From positions 12,271 through 76,270 of the forward strand of contig JBHLLF010000015.1 of NCBI GenBank assembly GCA_048885865.1: 64,000 bases of DNA, in the 5' to 3' direction. The first letter of the stretch is position 1; each line of letters begins with the position of its first letter. The stretch is from Candidatus Hermodarchaeota archaeon. Lineage in GTDB: Archaea; Asgardarchaeota; Thorarchaeia; Thorarchaeales; Thorarchaeaceae. Positions 28,853-38,749 of the stretch are shown here, piece after piece. Position numbers and translations under genes: made by a program. The notes under the pieces were generated by a model. It saw only the letters and a list, made by a program, of their open reading frames with translations, did no database searches and had not been told where the DNA came from.

Positions 28853-29881
28853 TTGGAGCCAGTCCTACTAGGCGTATTGCTCATCATCAGCTTTCTTGTT
28901 GCGTTTGCCATTGGAAGCAATGACGAGGCAATGGCACCGGCTGTTGGGGCAAGAGTCTTCACACTTAATGCAGCTGTTGCCATTGGCGGACTAATAACCA
29001 TGTTGGGGGCAGTTACTATGGGCGGCAATGTTTCTGAGAAAGTTGGCTCTGACTTGGTAGGGGGCCTGACGCTTTCCACTGAAATGGTATTTGCTATTCT
29101 AATATCAATGGCAATTTGGCTATTGATAGCATCTGCAACCAAAGGGCTTCCAATTAGCACGACACAATGCATAGTGGGGTCTGTGATTGGTGTGGCTGCA
29201 TTCGCTCCCGTGATGGGATTTATTGGATGGGGGGCTGAGGCGATAGACTGGTTTGTTGTACTGGAAGTATTTGCAGGCTGGATAATTTCGCCAATAATTG
29301 GCTTCCTAATCGCTGCAGCAGTCTTTGCGTTGGTAAGACGCATCCAGAAGCGAGCAGAAGGATTCTCTGAATTCGAGCGACAGGAAAGGATTGCTTCCTA
29401 TGGTCTAGCAGCTTTTTTGATATGGACTTCCTTAAGTAGAGGAGGGAATGATGTAGCCAATGCTATAGCTCCCATTGTAGTGCTTCCTGATTTCCAAGGC
29501 ACGGTCGATTTTGGAATTATCGTCCTACCCACTCTGTTGTTACCACTTCTCATTGGTGGTTTTGGAATGGCTCTAGGACTGATTATTGTTGGTAGAAGGG
29601 TGATTAGAACACTTGCAACTGAAGTTGTGACTCTTTCTCCTTCTTCGGCGCTTGCTGCGAGTGTGTCTGTGGCTCTGATAATGTTCGTTGGAACTCTTCT
29701 TGGATTGCCTCTTAGTGGAACCCATGTCCTTGTTGCAGCTCTAATTGCGGTGGGGTGGGTGTCAGAAACGCCTGTTCAGATGAAACAAGTAAAGGACATT
29801 CTGATATCATGGATTATAACCGTGCCAATCTCAGCAATCCTTGGAATGGTGGTTTTTGCGGCAATTCTTGGATTCGTCTAG
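28853..29881 (+). CDS. pit: PiT-family inorganic phosphate transporter
   Basis: GSND and GGNDVANA signatures, GLPISTT, GLPLSGTH. Confidence 0.92.
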   Translation: MEPVLLGVLLIISFLVAFAIGSNDEAMAPAVGARVFTLNAAVAIGGLITMLGAVTMGGNVSEKVGSDLVGGLTLSTEMVFAILISMAIWLLIASATKGLPISTTQCIVGSVIGVAAFAPVMGFIGWGAEAIDWFVVLEVFAGWIISPIIGFLIAAAVFALVRRIQKRAEGFSEFERQERIASYGLAAFLIWTSLSRGGNDVANAIAPIVVLPDFQGTVDFGIIVLPTLLLPLLIGGFGMALGLIIVGRRVIRTLATEVVTLSPSSALAASVSVALIMFVGTLLGLPLSGTHVLVAALIAVGWVSETPVQMKQVKDILISWIITVPISAILGMVVFAAILGFV

Positions 29882-29887
29882 TCATGA

Positions 29888-30628
29888 TTACACGATATCA
29901 GGGATTTTATGAACAAGAATGTGATTCTTTGCCAATTTGCCCAATTCATTGGCTTCATCCTCTGATAGATGCACCCGATGCTCAGATGCAGGAGTTTCTT
30001 TTCTAGTGGCTTCAATTATCGCTAAGTCAGCTCCACGGACAATATCTTCAGCACCTATGCACATTCGCGTGTCGCCAGTGTAGGCAATAACTGTATCACC
30101 CACACGCACTCGATAACCTAAGGCGGGCATGAGCTTATCCTGATCAGTTGTATTCTCCATTCCGAAATGACACACTTCGATCGCCCTCACTTTGAAGAAG
30201 TCGGTATCAAACCCCGTCCCATGTGCTAATTCATGATACCAGAATTCGAATTGTAGAGATTCCTTGTAGGCGTTTCTGAATCCTCTGATGCTCTGAATTG
30301 CTTCTATGCAATCTACCGGGAGAAGAATGTGCAACTTCTCAGACCTCTTCATCATCCGAAGAAATCCAAGGAGTGAATGGACACCTCCCATATGGTCGAA
30401 ATGTCCGTGCGTTATGGCGATCAAGTCCAAATCGTGGACGAAGTGGATACCAATATGCAGCAAAATGTCGCGAAGGGCGCCATCACCGACATCCAGAAGC
30501 ATAATTCTTCCAGTGAACTTTGAAATGAGGACAATAATGGTGCCTACGCCAGCAGCACTGAATGGAATTCTCACTTCCACCTCATCATTCTCCCATACAA
30601 AAGGACCGGTGTCATTCATCTTCATCAC
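29888..30628 (-). CDS. MBL-fold hydrolase (RNase Z-like)
   Basis: LLDVGDG, THGHFDHMGG, YTGDT, IIEAT, VH. Confidence 0.85.
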   Translation of the reverse strand: MMKMNDTGPFVWENDEVEVRIPFSAAGVGTIIVLISKFTGRIMLLDVGDGALRDILLHIGIHFVHDLDLIAITHGHFDHMGGVHSLLGFLRMMKRSEKLHILLPVDCIEAIQSIRGFRNAYKESLQFEFWYHELAHGTGFDTDFFKVRAIEVCHFGMENTTDQDKLMPALGYRVRVGDTVIAYTGDTRMCIGAEDIVRGADLAIIEATRKETPASEHRVHLSEDEANELGKLAKNHILVHKIPDIV

Positions 30629-30679
30629 ATTATTGGCCTATGGGAGGAGCCGGGACAGCCCCTCCAAAGGTGTAGAACC

Positions 30680-31903
30680 CTACTGGTCGTAACCAAGTTT
30701 TGGTACTCTCGCTAGGAAGTTCATGAAATAGGCGATTAGGACGGACACTACTAGACCTGCTGCAGCGTATAGGAGAGAGTCCACCAGAGTCGGCGTTGCT
30801 CCACTCAGAATCTGGAGCCAGCTCCAATAGAATCCTGCAATGGTCATTCCTGCGAATGCTACCTTCATCAATGGAACTTTGACGCTTCGCGTCTGGAAGA
30901 TTCCCATATCAGTGAGCGCCGCAGCCAGTGCACCACCCTTGGCGGGCTTGAGCTTCAGTTTCTTTGAGAAAGATCCAACTGTGACTTTGCTCTTTGGTCT
31001 TACTACCTTCATCGCCTTTGGCGCATATTCTGCAATGTCCTCGGAGAAGTATCTCACTGCTGATGACTCATCAATGCCACACTTTGAACATTCAACAGCA
31101 TCCTTCTTCCACTTCTTCCCGCACTTGGGGCATCTTTTGTGGTCCCAGGATTTTCCAGCTGCATCACTGACTCGGCGGACTAACTCATCCTTGCTGATCG
31201 TTTCTCCACCTTTCTTAGGTTTTCGTCGTAAGACTACTGCAGCGGGGAAGATTCCTACATCTGAACCTCTCTTTGCTCCGCGCATCTTCCGTGCAGCCAA
31301 GATTCCCTTCTGGAAATCATCAAGGGCCATAAGAAGCGAAAAGACAGCCATCACAGTGAAACCCACGGTAACCAGTCCAGTAACTGACATAATGGCGGCC
31401 GCGCCTGTGGCTCCTATCTGTAAGACAAAATCCTCAGGCAGTGTAACATTAGTACCTGGGTCACTGAGCAAGGAGTAGATGAAGGCTACTTCGCCAATGA
31501 TGGTCCCGGATATCAGGTCGATGCCTCCGAAACTAAGCATCGAGCCGAGGGGTATCGATTCATTGACTAACGGTATGGGAACTCCTGCAGGTACAGTTGA
31601 TCCAATTGGAATCTCCTGATTGATAAACGGAAATCCCATGTATTGAATCACGAATCTCATGGCATGGATAGTGAGGTTTTGAATAGCCTCAATTGTCAGT
31701 TCAAGCTCGAGGTCAGTAGTCAAGTTGTAGGGGATTGGAGCTGCAACATCTGATTCAGCAGCTGATACCTCATTGACTTCTAAGAGGAATTTCAGGGCAT
31801 CATCTTCAGTCCAAGTCTGAGCGTGGACTGTGGATAGTGGATACACGCAGAGAATTCCAGCAATAAAAAGAATGAATGCAAGGTGTGGTAGCGTCCTTTT
31901 CAT
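30680..31903 (-). CDS. Membrane protein: signal peptide, ectodomain, TM, cytoplasmic zinc ribbon, two C-terminal TM
   Basis: AxA signal; CPKCGKKWKKDAVECSKCG; hydrophobic segments. Confidence 0.7.
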   Translation of the reverse strand: MKRTLPHLAFILFIAGILCVYPLSTVHAQTWTEDDALKFLLEVNEVSAAESDVAAPIPYNLTTDLELELTIEAIQNLTIHAMRFVIQYMGFPFINQEIPIGSTVPAGVPIPLVNESIPLGSMLSFGGIDLISGTIIGEVAFIYSLLSDPGTNVTLPEDFVLQIGATGAAAIMSVTGLVTVGFTVMAVFSLLMALDDFQKGILAARKMRGAKRGSDVGIFPAAVVLRRKPKKGGETISKDELVRRVSDAAGKSWDHKRCPKCGKKWKKDAVECSKCGIDESSAVRYFSEDIAEYAPKAMKVVRPKSKVTVGSFSKKLKLKPAKGGALAAALTDMGIFQTRSVKVPLMKVAFAGMTIAGFYWSWLQILSGATPTLVDSLLYAAAGLVVSVLIAYFMNFLARVPKLGYDQ

Positions 31904-31984
31904 TTCGAGTGAGCCTCCAACGGCAAAAGCATCGCGCGTTGGTAGGTTTGCATTGCTTTAATGGTTATCGAGTTTATATTGCTA

Positions 31985-32389
31985 CTATCCACCAGTTGCC
32001 TCTCGAAGTTGTCGATCAAACTCTTCGTCATCTTCCTCAGGATCGAATATGACATGGCGCTTGGGAGGCGGCTCTGCGAATGGCTCCCAGTGCAATGCAG
32101 CTCCAACTCCTATCCCCCCAAAAGTAGTCATTATGCTTAGCAGGAACATCAGACTTAACCTGGCTGCTTCCTCATCTGGAGGAACATCTGGTCTGGCAAC
32201 GATTATGCCAGTGTTCTGTAGAACTAATGCGATGATGACTCCCCCAATTAGTCCAACAGTCAGAGTAATGAAAAAGCGATCTCTAGTACTCAGGGACTTG
32301 GATGCACCCAAGATATATCCCACGAGAAAGCCAACCATGAGTCCTGGAAGACCTGCATATAGCGCATCAAAGATGGAGATTTGCAGCAT
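31985..32389 (-). CDS. 3-TM hypothetical membrane protein
   Basis: Gly-rich TM helices; acidic tail FDPEEDDEEFDRQL. Confidence 0.7.
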   Translation of the reverse strand: MLQISIFDALYAGLPGLMVGFLVGYILGASKSLSTRDRFFITLTVGLIGGVIIALVLQNTGIIVARPDVPPDEEAARLSLMFLLSIMTTFGGIGVGAALHWEPFAEPPPKRHVIFDPEEDDEEFDRQLREATGG

Positions 32390-32506
32390 TTTTCATTCCT
32401 CTTGTTGGACTGATAAATAACTGACCTCTCATAACACTTCCCATCCAGACCGCACATCACAACAGTTTTACTCGTAGATTTCTCTCATCGTGATGAGGTC
32501 GAAAGG

Positions 32507-33067
32507 GTGAACGCTAGCGAAGGACTCATTCTTAGCGAGATTCTGAAGAGACGTAGTGGGAGGGCATATTCTGATAGGCCGGTCTCTGATGACATGTTGG
32601 AGTCCATCTTGGAGGCAGGAAGACGAGCACCATCTTGTGCGAACACCCAAGCCTGGAACTTTGTCGTGTTGAAGAGTCCCGATAAGCTAGCAATGGCACA
32701 TGAAGCCTTGAGTAGAGGAAACGCATGGGGAAAAAGGGCACCAGTTATGATCATAGTTGCAGCCAAAGAAGATGGTGGGTGTTCATCTCACGGGTTGCCA
32801 TACTTCATGATGGATGTTGGACTTGCGACAGAGAATATCCTCCTACAGACTGTCCACTTGGGTCTCCTGGGTCATCCGACAGCTGGGTGGAATGAGGACA
32901 GGATGAAAGAGATAACTGGAATACCCGATGAGTATAGAATTGTAACAGTGATATTCATCGGCTATGAGGGTGACATTGACCTGCTGGATGAGAGAAATAG
33001 AGAGAAAGAGAAGAAGCCGTTTACTAGAAGGCCGCTCTCAGAGATTGTCCACTGGGATAGCTGGTAG
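32507..33067 (+). CDS. Nitroreductase family protein
   Basis: RRSGRAY, APSCANTQAW.F, D.GLA.ENI.L, IGY. Confidence 0.9.
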   Translation: MNASEGLILSEILKRRSGRAYSDRPVSDDMLESILEAGRRAPSCANTQAWNFVVLKSPDKLAMAHEALSRGNAWGKRAPVMIIVAAKEDGGCSSHGLPYFMMDVGLATENILLQTVHLGLLGHPTAGWNEDRMKEITGIPDEYRIVTVIFIGYEGDIDLLDERNREKEKKPFTRRPLSEIVHWDSW

Positions 33068-33068
33068 T

Positions 33069-33236
33069 CTATGGATTATACTCCATGACCTGCCCACAAT
33101 GATCAGGCATGTCTTGATGTCCACACTGAGGACCCATCCAACAAACCAGCTGGTCACCTTCTTGGTGCATCTCCTTTCCGCAGTGAACAGGAACTTTTAC
33201 CTTTTCTCCACATTTTGCACACACTAGTTCTGCCAT
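33069..33236 (-). CDS. 55-aa metal-binding protein, tandem desulforedoxin-like motifs
   Basis: LVCAKC...PVHCGKEM and LVCWMGPQC...PDHCGQVM. Confidence 0.75.
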   Translation of the reverse strand: MAELVCAKCGEKVKVPVHCGKEMHQEGDQLVCWMGPQCGHQDMPDHCGQVMEYNP

Positions 33237-33445
33237 TCGAAACAAAATCTCCATTCAAAGTCATTGCACGATCTGTGCATCATTAACAATAGTGAAAATA
33301 GTGTTGCTATAAACGTTTGGCTGGAGGAAAGATGCTTTCGTGAGATAACAAGAACTTCATGGCATTGGAATGAACTAAGATATGACAACGGCTCTATGAT
33401 ACTGAGGGGTGACTTCGCGGACCTTTTTTTCTTGGAATGATTCAA

Positions 33446-34705
33446 CTACTTTGGGAGGTACTTATCTGGGTCCTCTGAATACACCTTTTCTTCTGTCTTG
33501 TGAGCGCCTGGTGTGTCAAGCTCTATGTCACGTTTCAAGTTCCGGTCAAGTGACAGAATCTCCTTGAATATCTCATTCTGGACTATGAGGCGTTGTACCT
33601 CGTTACTGCCTGTCCAAATGGTGGCCAGCCTCGCATCACGATAGAGCCGCTCAATTGGATAGACATCGGTATATCCGATTCCACCAAGAATCTGCATTGC
33701 TTCATGCACAGCTTTGAAGCCAGCTTCAGTGCTATACGCCTTTGCTTGAGAGACCTCCTTTCTACACCAGGCACCTGTATCAGCTACCTTGGCTGCACGA
33801 TATACCAAGCCACGTGCGGCATCGAGCTCTGTCACGCAATCTGCCACCTTGAAGCTAACGGCTTCAAACCTGCGTATTGGCTTACCGAAAGCTTCACGCT
33901 TGTCCGCATATCTAGCTGCAAGCTCAATTGTCACTTGGCCCAATCCAATTGCACCTGCAGCAGATGTCAGGCGTTCCGGAACCATCATGGCGTTGAACAC
34001 GTCATTTCCGCCATGCAGTGCTCCAACGAGATTGGACTCTGGAACCTCCACGTCTGACATCACGATTCGTGCCGCACCCATGCCACGACAACCCATGAGC
34101 TCGTATTCCTCTTGGACTTTGACTCCTGCGTCACGGTCCACTAGAAACGCACTCAACGATTTATGCGGTGGAGCTTCAAAGCCAGTCTTGGCATACACCA
34201 AGAAATAATCAGCTCCAACTCCCCCCGCCACAAATCGTTTCTCCCCATTTATGACGAATGTATCACCATTCTTTATGGCGGTGGTGTTTGTGCCGAAGAA
34301 GTCCGATCCGCCCCTAGGCTCGGTCAGACCCTCGCCACAAATCTTCTCACCTTTGAGTGTTGGTAGCAAGTATTCTCGCTTCTGTTCCTCTGTGCCGTAC
34401 TTCTCTATGCCTTCCCCTATTATGCTAGGAAGTGAATAGGCACATCCGAGAGAGATTCCTAAAACACCTACTTCCTCCACCGCAAGCATCTCAGATACCC
34501 AACCAAGCCCTCTGCCCCCATATTCTTCTGGAAATCGGAGACCGAGTAGATTAGCTTTTGCAGCAGCCTTGACAAATTCATAGGGATACTCTTTCTCTTT
34601 TGAGTCCATGGCAACAATCAGGCTTGGGTCCACTTTATCACGGACAAATGCGCGAACCTCGTCACGCAACTTCTTTTCTTCATCACTCATTAGAATATCA
34701 AACAT
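33446..34705 (-). CDS. Acyl-CoA dehydrogenase
   Basis: PEEYGG.G, LTEPRGGSD, NGEKRFV, R.AFGKPI, QILGGIGY, RLYRDAR..IWTGSNE. Confidence 0.93.
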   Translation of the reverse strand: MFDILMSDEEKKLRDEVRAFVRDKVDPSLIVAMDSKEKEYPYEFVKAAAKANLLGLRFPEEYGGRGLGWVSEMLAVEEVGVLGISLGCAYSLPSIIGEGIEKYGTEEQKREYLLPTLKGEKICGEGLTEPRGGSDFFGTNTTAIKNGDTFVINGEKRFVAGGVGADYFLVYAKTGFEAPPHKSLSAFLVDRDAGVKVQEEYELMGCRGMGAARIVMSDVEVPESNLVGALHGGNDVFNAMMVPERLTSAAGAIGLGQVTIELAARYADKREAFGKPIRRFEAVSFKVADCVTELDAARGLVYRAAKVADTGAWCRKEVSQAKAYSTEAGFKAVHEAMQILGGIGYTDVYPIERLYRDARLATIWTGSNEVQRLIVQNEIFKEILSLDRNLKRDIELDTPGAHKTEEKVYSEDPDKYLPK

Positions 34706-34729
34706 TGTCGGTTCCTCGCGGATAGATAG

Positions 34730-35086
34730 CTATGCGCCGCGCAATAAAGAGTCTAGGGTGTCTTGAGACCCAGGGTCCCTCCGGATATGAATGGCGTCAG
34801 TTGGACATACTAGCTCGCATGCTAGGCACAGGATACACTCAGCATCAAGAACAGGATCCACGACATCGTCGCCATCATCGGAAACCCAAGCCGTGAAAAC
34901 ATCCACAGGACATGCAATCACGCACTTCATGCAACCGGTACACGACTCAAAATGCACACCGGCAATGTCACCATGAATCCGACCAGCTCTCTTATCGTTT
35001 GACCAGACTGGATGGCCTTCGTGCGAGTCAATTATTGACCAAGTGGTTCGAAATGTCTTATCAATGGGCACATGGCGTATTTCCAC
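34730..35086 (-). CDS. 2x[4Fe-4S] ferredoxin
   Basis: CTGCMKCVIACP and CILCLACELVCP. Confidence 0.88.
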   Translation of the reverse strand: MEIRHVPIDKTFRTTWSIIDSHEGHPVWSNDKRAGRIHGDIAGVHFESCTGCMKCVIACPVDVFTAWVSDDGDDVVDPVLDAECILCLACELVCPTDAIHIRRDPGSQDTLDSLLRGA

Positions 35087-35168
35087 AGTGGGGCTTTAGA
35101 ATATACCGTGAGAATGATAGATGATGCTCTAGCCGTTTCATTGACGAAAAGGCTTTCCAATTCATCAA

Positions 35169-36056
35169 TCATCTGCCTATATCAGACTCTTTGAGGAGAT
35201 ACTCAAGAACACTCTGCCAGATTGTGCCATCCTCTCTCCACTTGTTCTCGAAGTTGTTTGTATTGACCCACTCTCTCAAAGCATTCGTGGCATCAGATGA
35301 GAATTCTTCTTCTACTGCTGTGAGGAAACCCTGCTTTACAAGAGCCTGCTGAATCTTCAGTGAAATACTTCCCTCTATGCGATGCAACATGCTAGGATCT
35401 TCTCTATTCAAGAGTGTCATGTCATATAGAGCAAAGATACGTTCTAGTTCCTCAATCGGTTTTGGATGATCATCGACCCTTACATCAACATATCTATCAT
35501 TTCCACCCTCATAGCCGCCTTCCTTCCTGACCACAAGGATTGCTGCAGACTGCATTCCTCTTCTGTCGCCGCCAGCCGCCTGTCCAGCATTGAGTGCAGC
35601 AAACAGTCTGTCTATCAGATCCCCCTCTGTCTTCTCATATGCTTCGGCCATATTCTTGACAACGGCTTCACCTGCTAAGATGTTCCCTTGACACGCATAT
35701 CCATCACCAACCACATGACCTGCCCACTCCATGCATTCTTTCCCTGTGTGTGAAACGGCAAGGCCATTGTCATCGACAATTCCAACTTGTCTATGCTCAA
35801 CCTTGTCATCACCCTTCAGTAAGGCCTTCAGGGTTTCTGAAGCATTCTTTCCTTCAGAAAGGAGATCGAGTCCTCTTGGACCGTAGGAAGTATTAGCCCA
35901 AGCCTGAGTCGCCACTCCTCCTGCCTCAGCTAATGCCCATGGGACAACAGCGCCTACTGCAGGAAACTTCGACTGTACAATGATTCCAATATCACCATTT
36001 GAGGGGTCTCTTGCCACAACAGAGAAGGTCGATGGACAACAGCATCTTTTCACCAT
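35169..36056 (-). CDS. DUF1028 Ntn-hydrolase-family protein
   Basis: TFSVVARD, VATQA, RQVG, QGNIL, GGDRRG.QSAA, RVDDH..PI.EL.R. Confidence 0.9.
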   Translation of the reverse strand: MVKRCCCPSTFSVVARDPSNGDIGIIVQSKFPAVGAVVPWALAEAGGVATQAWANTSYGPRGLDLLSEGKNASETLKALLKGDDKVEHRQVGIVDDNGLAVSHTGKECMEWAGHVVGDGYACQGNILAGEAVVKNMAEAYEKTEGDLIDRLFAALNAGQAAGGDRRGMQSAAILVVRKEGGYEGGNDRYVDVRVDDHPKPIEELERIFALYDMTLLNREDPSMLHRIEGSISLKIQQALVKQGFLTAVEEEFSSDATNALREWVNTNNFENKWREDGTIWQSVLEYLLKESDIGR

Positions 36057-36208
36057 TTGTCACCTCTAGAGAACAACGAGTGTTTAGAACCCGTTCCTCT
36101 TTAGGTAGCCGGTTCAATGAGGAGAAAAATAAAACAAATCTTAAGAGAAGGAAGTCCTGAAGGAGGGATGCCTTCCCCGGGGTGACTGATTCAGGAGACT
36201 AGCAATCG

Positions 36209-36697
36209 ATGGCGGAAATCTATGTCTGGTACGTGAATTCTACTGGACAAGAGAAAAGCATCGGTGTCGAAGTAAGCGAGAGGTGCGTCAATCTTGACCT
36301 TCGCGATATGATTTCGGTAGACATCTTGCCCCTCATTTGGTGCCAGAATCTTGAAGATTTAACAATCCGAAACAACAAGCTCACAGAGATAGACCTCTCT
36401 CCTCTCTCAAAGTGTCCGAACCTTCAAGCACTCAGACTAAATAACAATCTGCTCGAGAAACTGGACTTGTCACCCCTTGCTGAATGCTCCAAATTGGAGG
36501 AACTTGCCATCCATGAAAACAGACTCAGGCGCGTCGATATTTCTCCACTTTTCGAGTGTCATGAGTTAAAGGAGCTTAGACATGATACATCTGTCACACT
36601 ATTGGCGGATTTGACCCTGAAGTCTGTAGGCAGCTGGCCCGAAGTTCTGATGGAAAGATTTCACAGAATACTCTGGAAGATGCCACAGTCCACTTAG
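36209..36697 (+). CDS. Leucine-rich repeat protein
   Basis: About four repeats of NxLxxxDLSPLxxCxxLxxLxL. Confidence 0.88.
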   Translation: MAEIYVWYVNSTGQEKSIGVEVSERCVNLDLRDMISVDILPLIWCQNLEDLTIRNNKLTEIDLSPLSKCPNLQALRLNNNLLEKLDLSPLAECSKLEELAIHENRLRRVDISPLFECHELKELRHDTSVTLLADLTLKSVGSWPEVLMERFHRILWKMPQST

Positions 36698-36712
36698 AAG
36701 AACAGAAAAAGT

Positions 36713-36736
36713 GGACCCGGGAGATGCCCCGGGCCC
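36713..36736 (-). terminator. Intrinsic-type hairpin with U-tract after surface-protein gene
   Basis: Minus strand GGGCCCGGG-gcatct-CCCGGGTCC-ACTTTTT. Confidence 0.6.
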
Positions 36737-36751
36737 TGAGAAAAGACGTGT

Positions 36752-37732
36752 CTAAGCCCCATTATTTCGGTATTTCACAGCAATGACGATTATTGCTAGG
36801 ACACTGAAGCCACCTGCAAGAAGAACAAGCTGGTTGTATTCAATGCCTAGAAAGGTCCAAGGTGTTGATAGTGCTGTAATTCCAAGGATGGGGTCATATT
36901 CCAGAGCTTCATCTCCAAAGTACTCGAAGGCAATGAAAATCGACTTTCGTTCTTGTTCCATGAGAGGATCACCATGCGACGCTCTCACTTGGACTTGATG
37001 AGAAGCATTACCTGCAAAGGCGTTCTGAGCATACTCCATCCAAGCATTGCCAAAAGTGAATTTTTGACCTTCATGATCAATACTTGAAACATCTCTCTCA
37101 CTGATGTTCCGGTTGTGCTCACTCTCACCAACTGCGAATTGGAACACCAGAATGGAATTAGTGCTTGTCCATTCCCAGCCAGAAACCATAAGGTCGAACT
37201 TGAACTGGTCTGGTGTTGCCAGATAGAAGTGAATGCGTATCTGAATCTCAACATCCATTGGATTTGTGTGTCCTGGCATGCCAGGCATCCCGGGCATCGT
37301 CATTCCTGGTCCATCGTGTTCATAGGTGTTAGTGTTTGTGAAGTTAAAGTGAATGGCGGTGACTACGTCGTTCTGCTCTTCAGTCAGGAAGCCACTGAAC
37401 TCCCAGTCATCCATTGGCAAACGGAACATAGAACCAACCAAATAATCGATACCACGATCAAACGCTCCATTCTCATTCGTATCATTTGCCTCAAATAGCC
37501 TATTGAACGTGATATGAGAGTCTGTTCCAGGATCGGTTTCATTCCACCACGCAAAGTGAGGCACCTCGCCGTCTGCAGCCACTCGTACTCCTATGTCACC
37601 AGTCGTTATTGTCACCACTCCAAGGGATTCCTCAAACTGGAACATTCGGTGGTGGGGCTGAGCTGCCACGAATGGTACTGATGCCAATACCATCATTGTG
37701 GCGAAGACAGCTAGTAGTCTTTTATCAATCAA
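36752..37732 (-). CDS. Membrane-anchored beta-rich surface protein, paralog A
   Basis: Signal peptide; FEANDTNENGAFD, KFDL..GWEW, YDPILG; C-terminal TM + basic residues. Confidence 0.75.
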   Translation of the reverse strand: MIDKRLLAVFATMMVLASVPFVAAQPHHRMFQFEESLGVVTITTGDIGVRVAADGEVPHFAWWNETDPGTDSHITFNRLFEANDTNENGAFDRGIDYLVGSMFRLPMDDWEFSGFLTEEQNDVVTAIHFNFTNTNTYEHDGPGMTMPGMPGMPGHTNPMDVEIQIRIHFYLATPDQFKFDLMVSGWEWTSTNSILVFQFAVGESEHNRNISERDVSSIDHEGQKFTFGNAWMEYAQNAFAGNASHQVQVRASHGDPLMEQERKSIFIAFEYFGDEALEYDPILGITALSTPWTFLGIEYNQLVLLAGGFSVLAIIVIAVKYRNNGA

Positions 37733-37835
37733 TGATTATACACCAAGTAAATGATTCCTCAAGTTGGTATATAATCATTCTATTCCAATGCTATAGAAAG
37801 GCAACTTCGAGAAGACTCGAAGTCATTTTGGTGCT

Positions 37836-38663
37836 TTAAATCAGCGCAGAACTGACTATGGCCAAGAGAAGGATGTTCAAATTCGTGACGATAAGCGTCA
37901 CGATGGCAGCTCGAGAACTCCTAACGGACTTTGCACGTGATAGCGCAATTGTGAGAATATAGGTGCTCCATGTGATGATACCGAACAGTAGGACTGTGAG
38001 AGGCCAGCCGCTGAGAACACCCCATTCTGGAATGAAGTACCACATCAGCTCCACAAGTATGTGAGGCACAAATGCCATTGGTATCGCTGCAAAGAGACCT
38101 CTTGACATGCCTCGCTTCCGAAGAATCGGGATTGACAGGGCTTCGACAAGTAAGTAGGTAGTAATCCAAGCTACCATTGCTGCAAGGATTGTAATCCCTG
38201 TATCAAAAGCGCCTTGTAGAAAGAAGAGAAAGACAGGAAGAAGACCTACCTCTGCGGCAAAGTATCCATAGAGACCAAGAAACACTACAATCTCAAAGAA
38301 GAATCGAAGGGGATCAGATTGAATTCGTTTCACGATTGGCTTCATAGCCAAGATGTCCAGAACCAGATCTCTTGTTGTACTCTCACGTTCACTTGTGATC
38401 ACAACGGCCTCTACTTGGTCCTCGCTCTGTTGAATGATATCGTATGCTGCTTGCCCGAGCTCTGTTAGAGAGTACAGTTTGTTCCCCGTACGTGACACCA
38501 GAGGATCATCCGATTTGCTAAGATTGTCCAGATGGAAATATAGTGTTCCTGGTTCCAGTCCCAACTCTGTGAGATCAGTGTACGAAACCGCCCCCTGATT
38601 TCCAATCATGGCAATTATTTGGCGTCTAATGGTATGCGATAGTGCGCTATACACATCATCCAT
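37836..38663 (-). CDS. ArsR-like wHTH fused to 5-TM (Yip1-like) membrane domain
   Basis: ALSHTIRRQII, SYTDL..GTLYFHL, YSLTELG, then hydrophobic helices. Confidence 0.75.
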   Translation of the reverse strand: MDDVYSALSHTIRRQIIAMIGNQGAVSYTDLTELGLEPGTLYFHLDNLSKSDDPLVSRTGNKLYSLTELGQAAYDIIQQSEDQVEAVVITSERESTTRDLVLDILAMKPIVKRIQSDPLRFFFEIVVFLGLYGYFAAEVGLLPVFLFFLQGAFDTGITILAAMVAWITTYLLVEALSIPILRKRGMSRGLFAAIPMAFVPHILVELMWYFIPEWGVLSGWPLTVLLFGIITWSTYILTIALSRAKSVRSSRAAIVTLIVTNLNILLLAIVSSALI

Positions 38664-38749
38664 GACAGAGTCTTTATCCCGCAGAATTATCCCTCAAACT
38701 GATTTCTTCACTCGAACCCCAAGATAATGCGCACTTATTCGTTTCCCTG

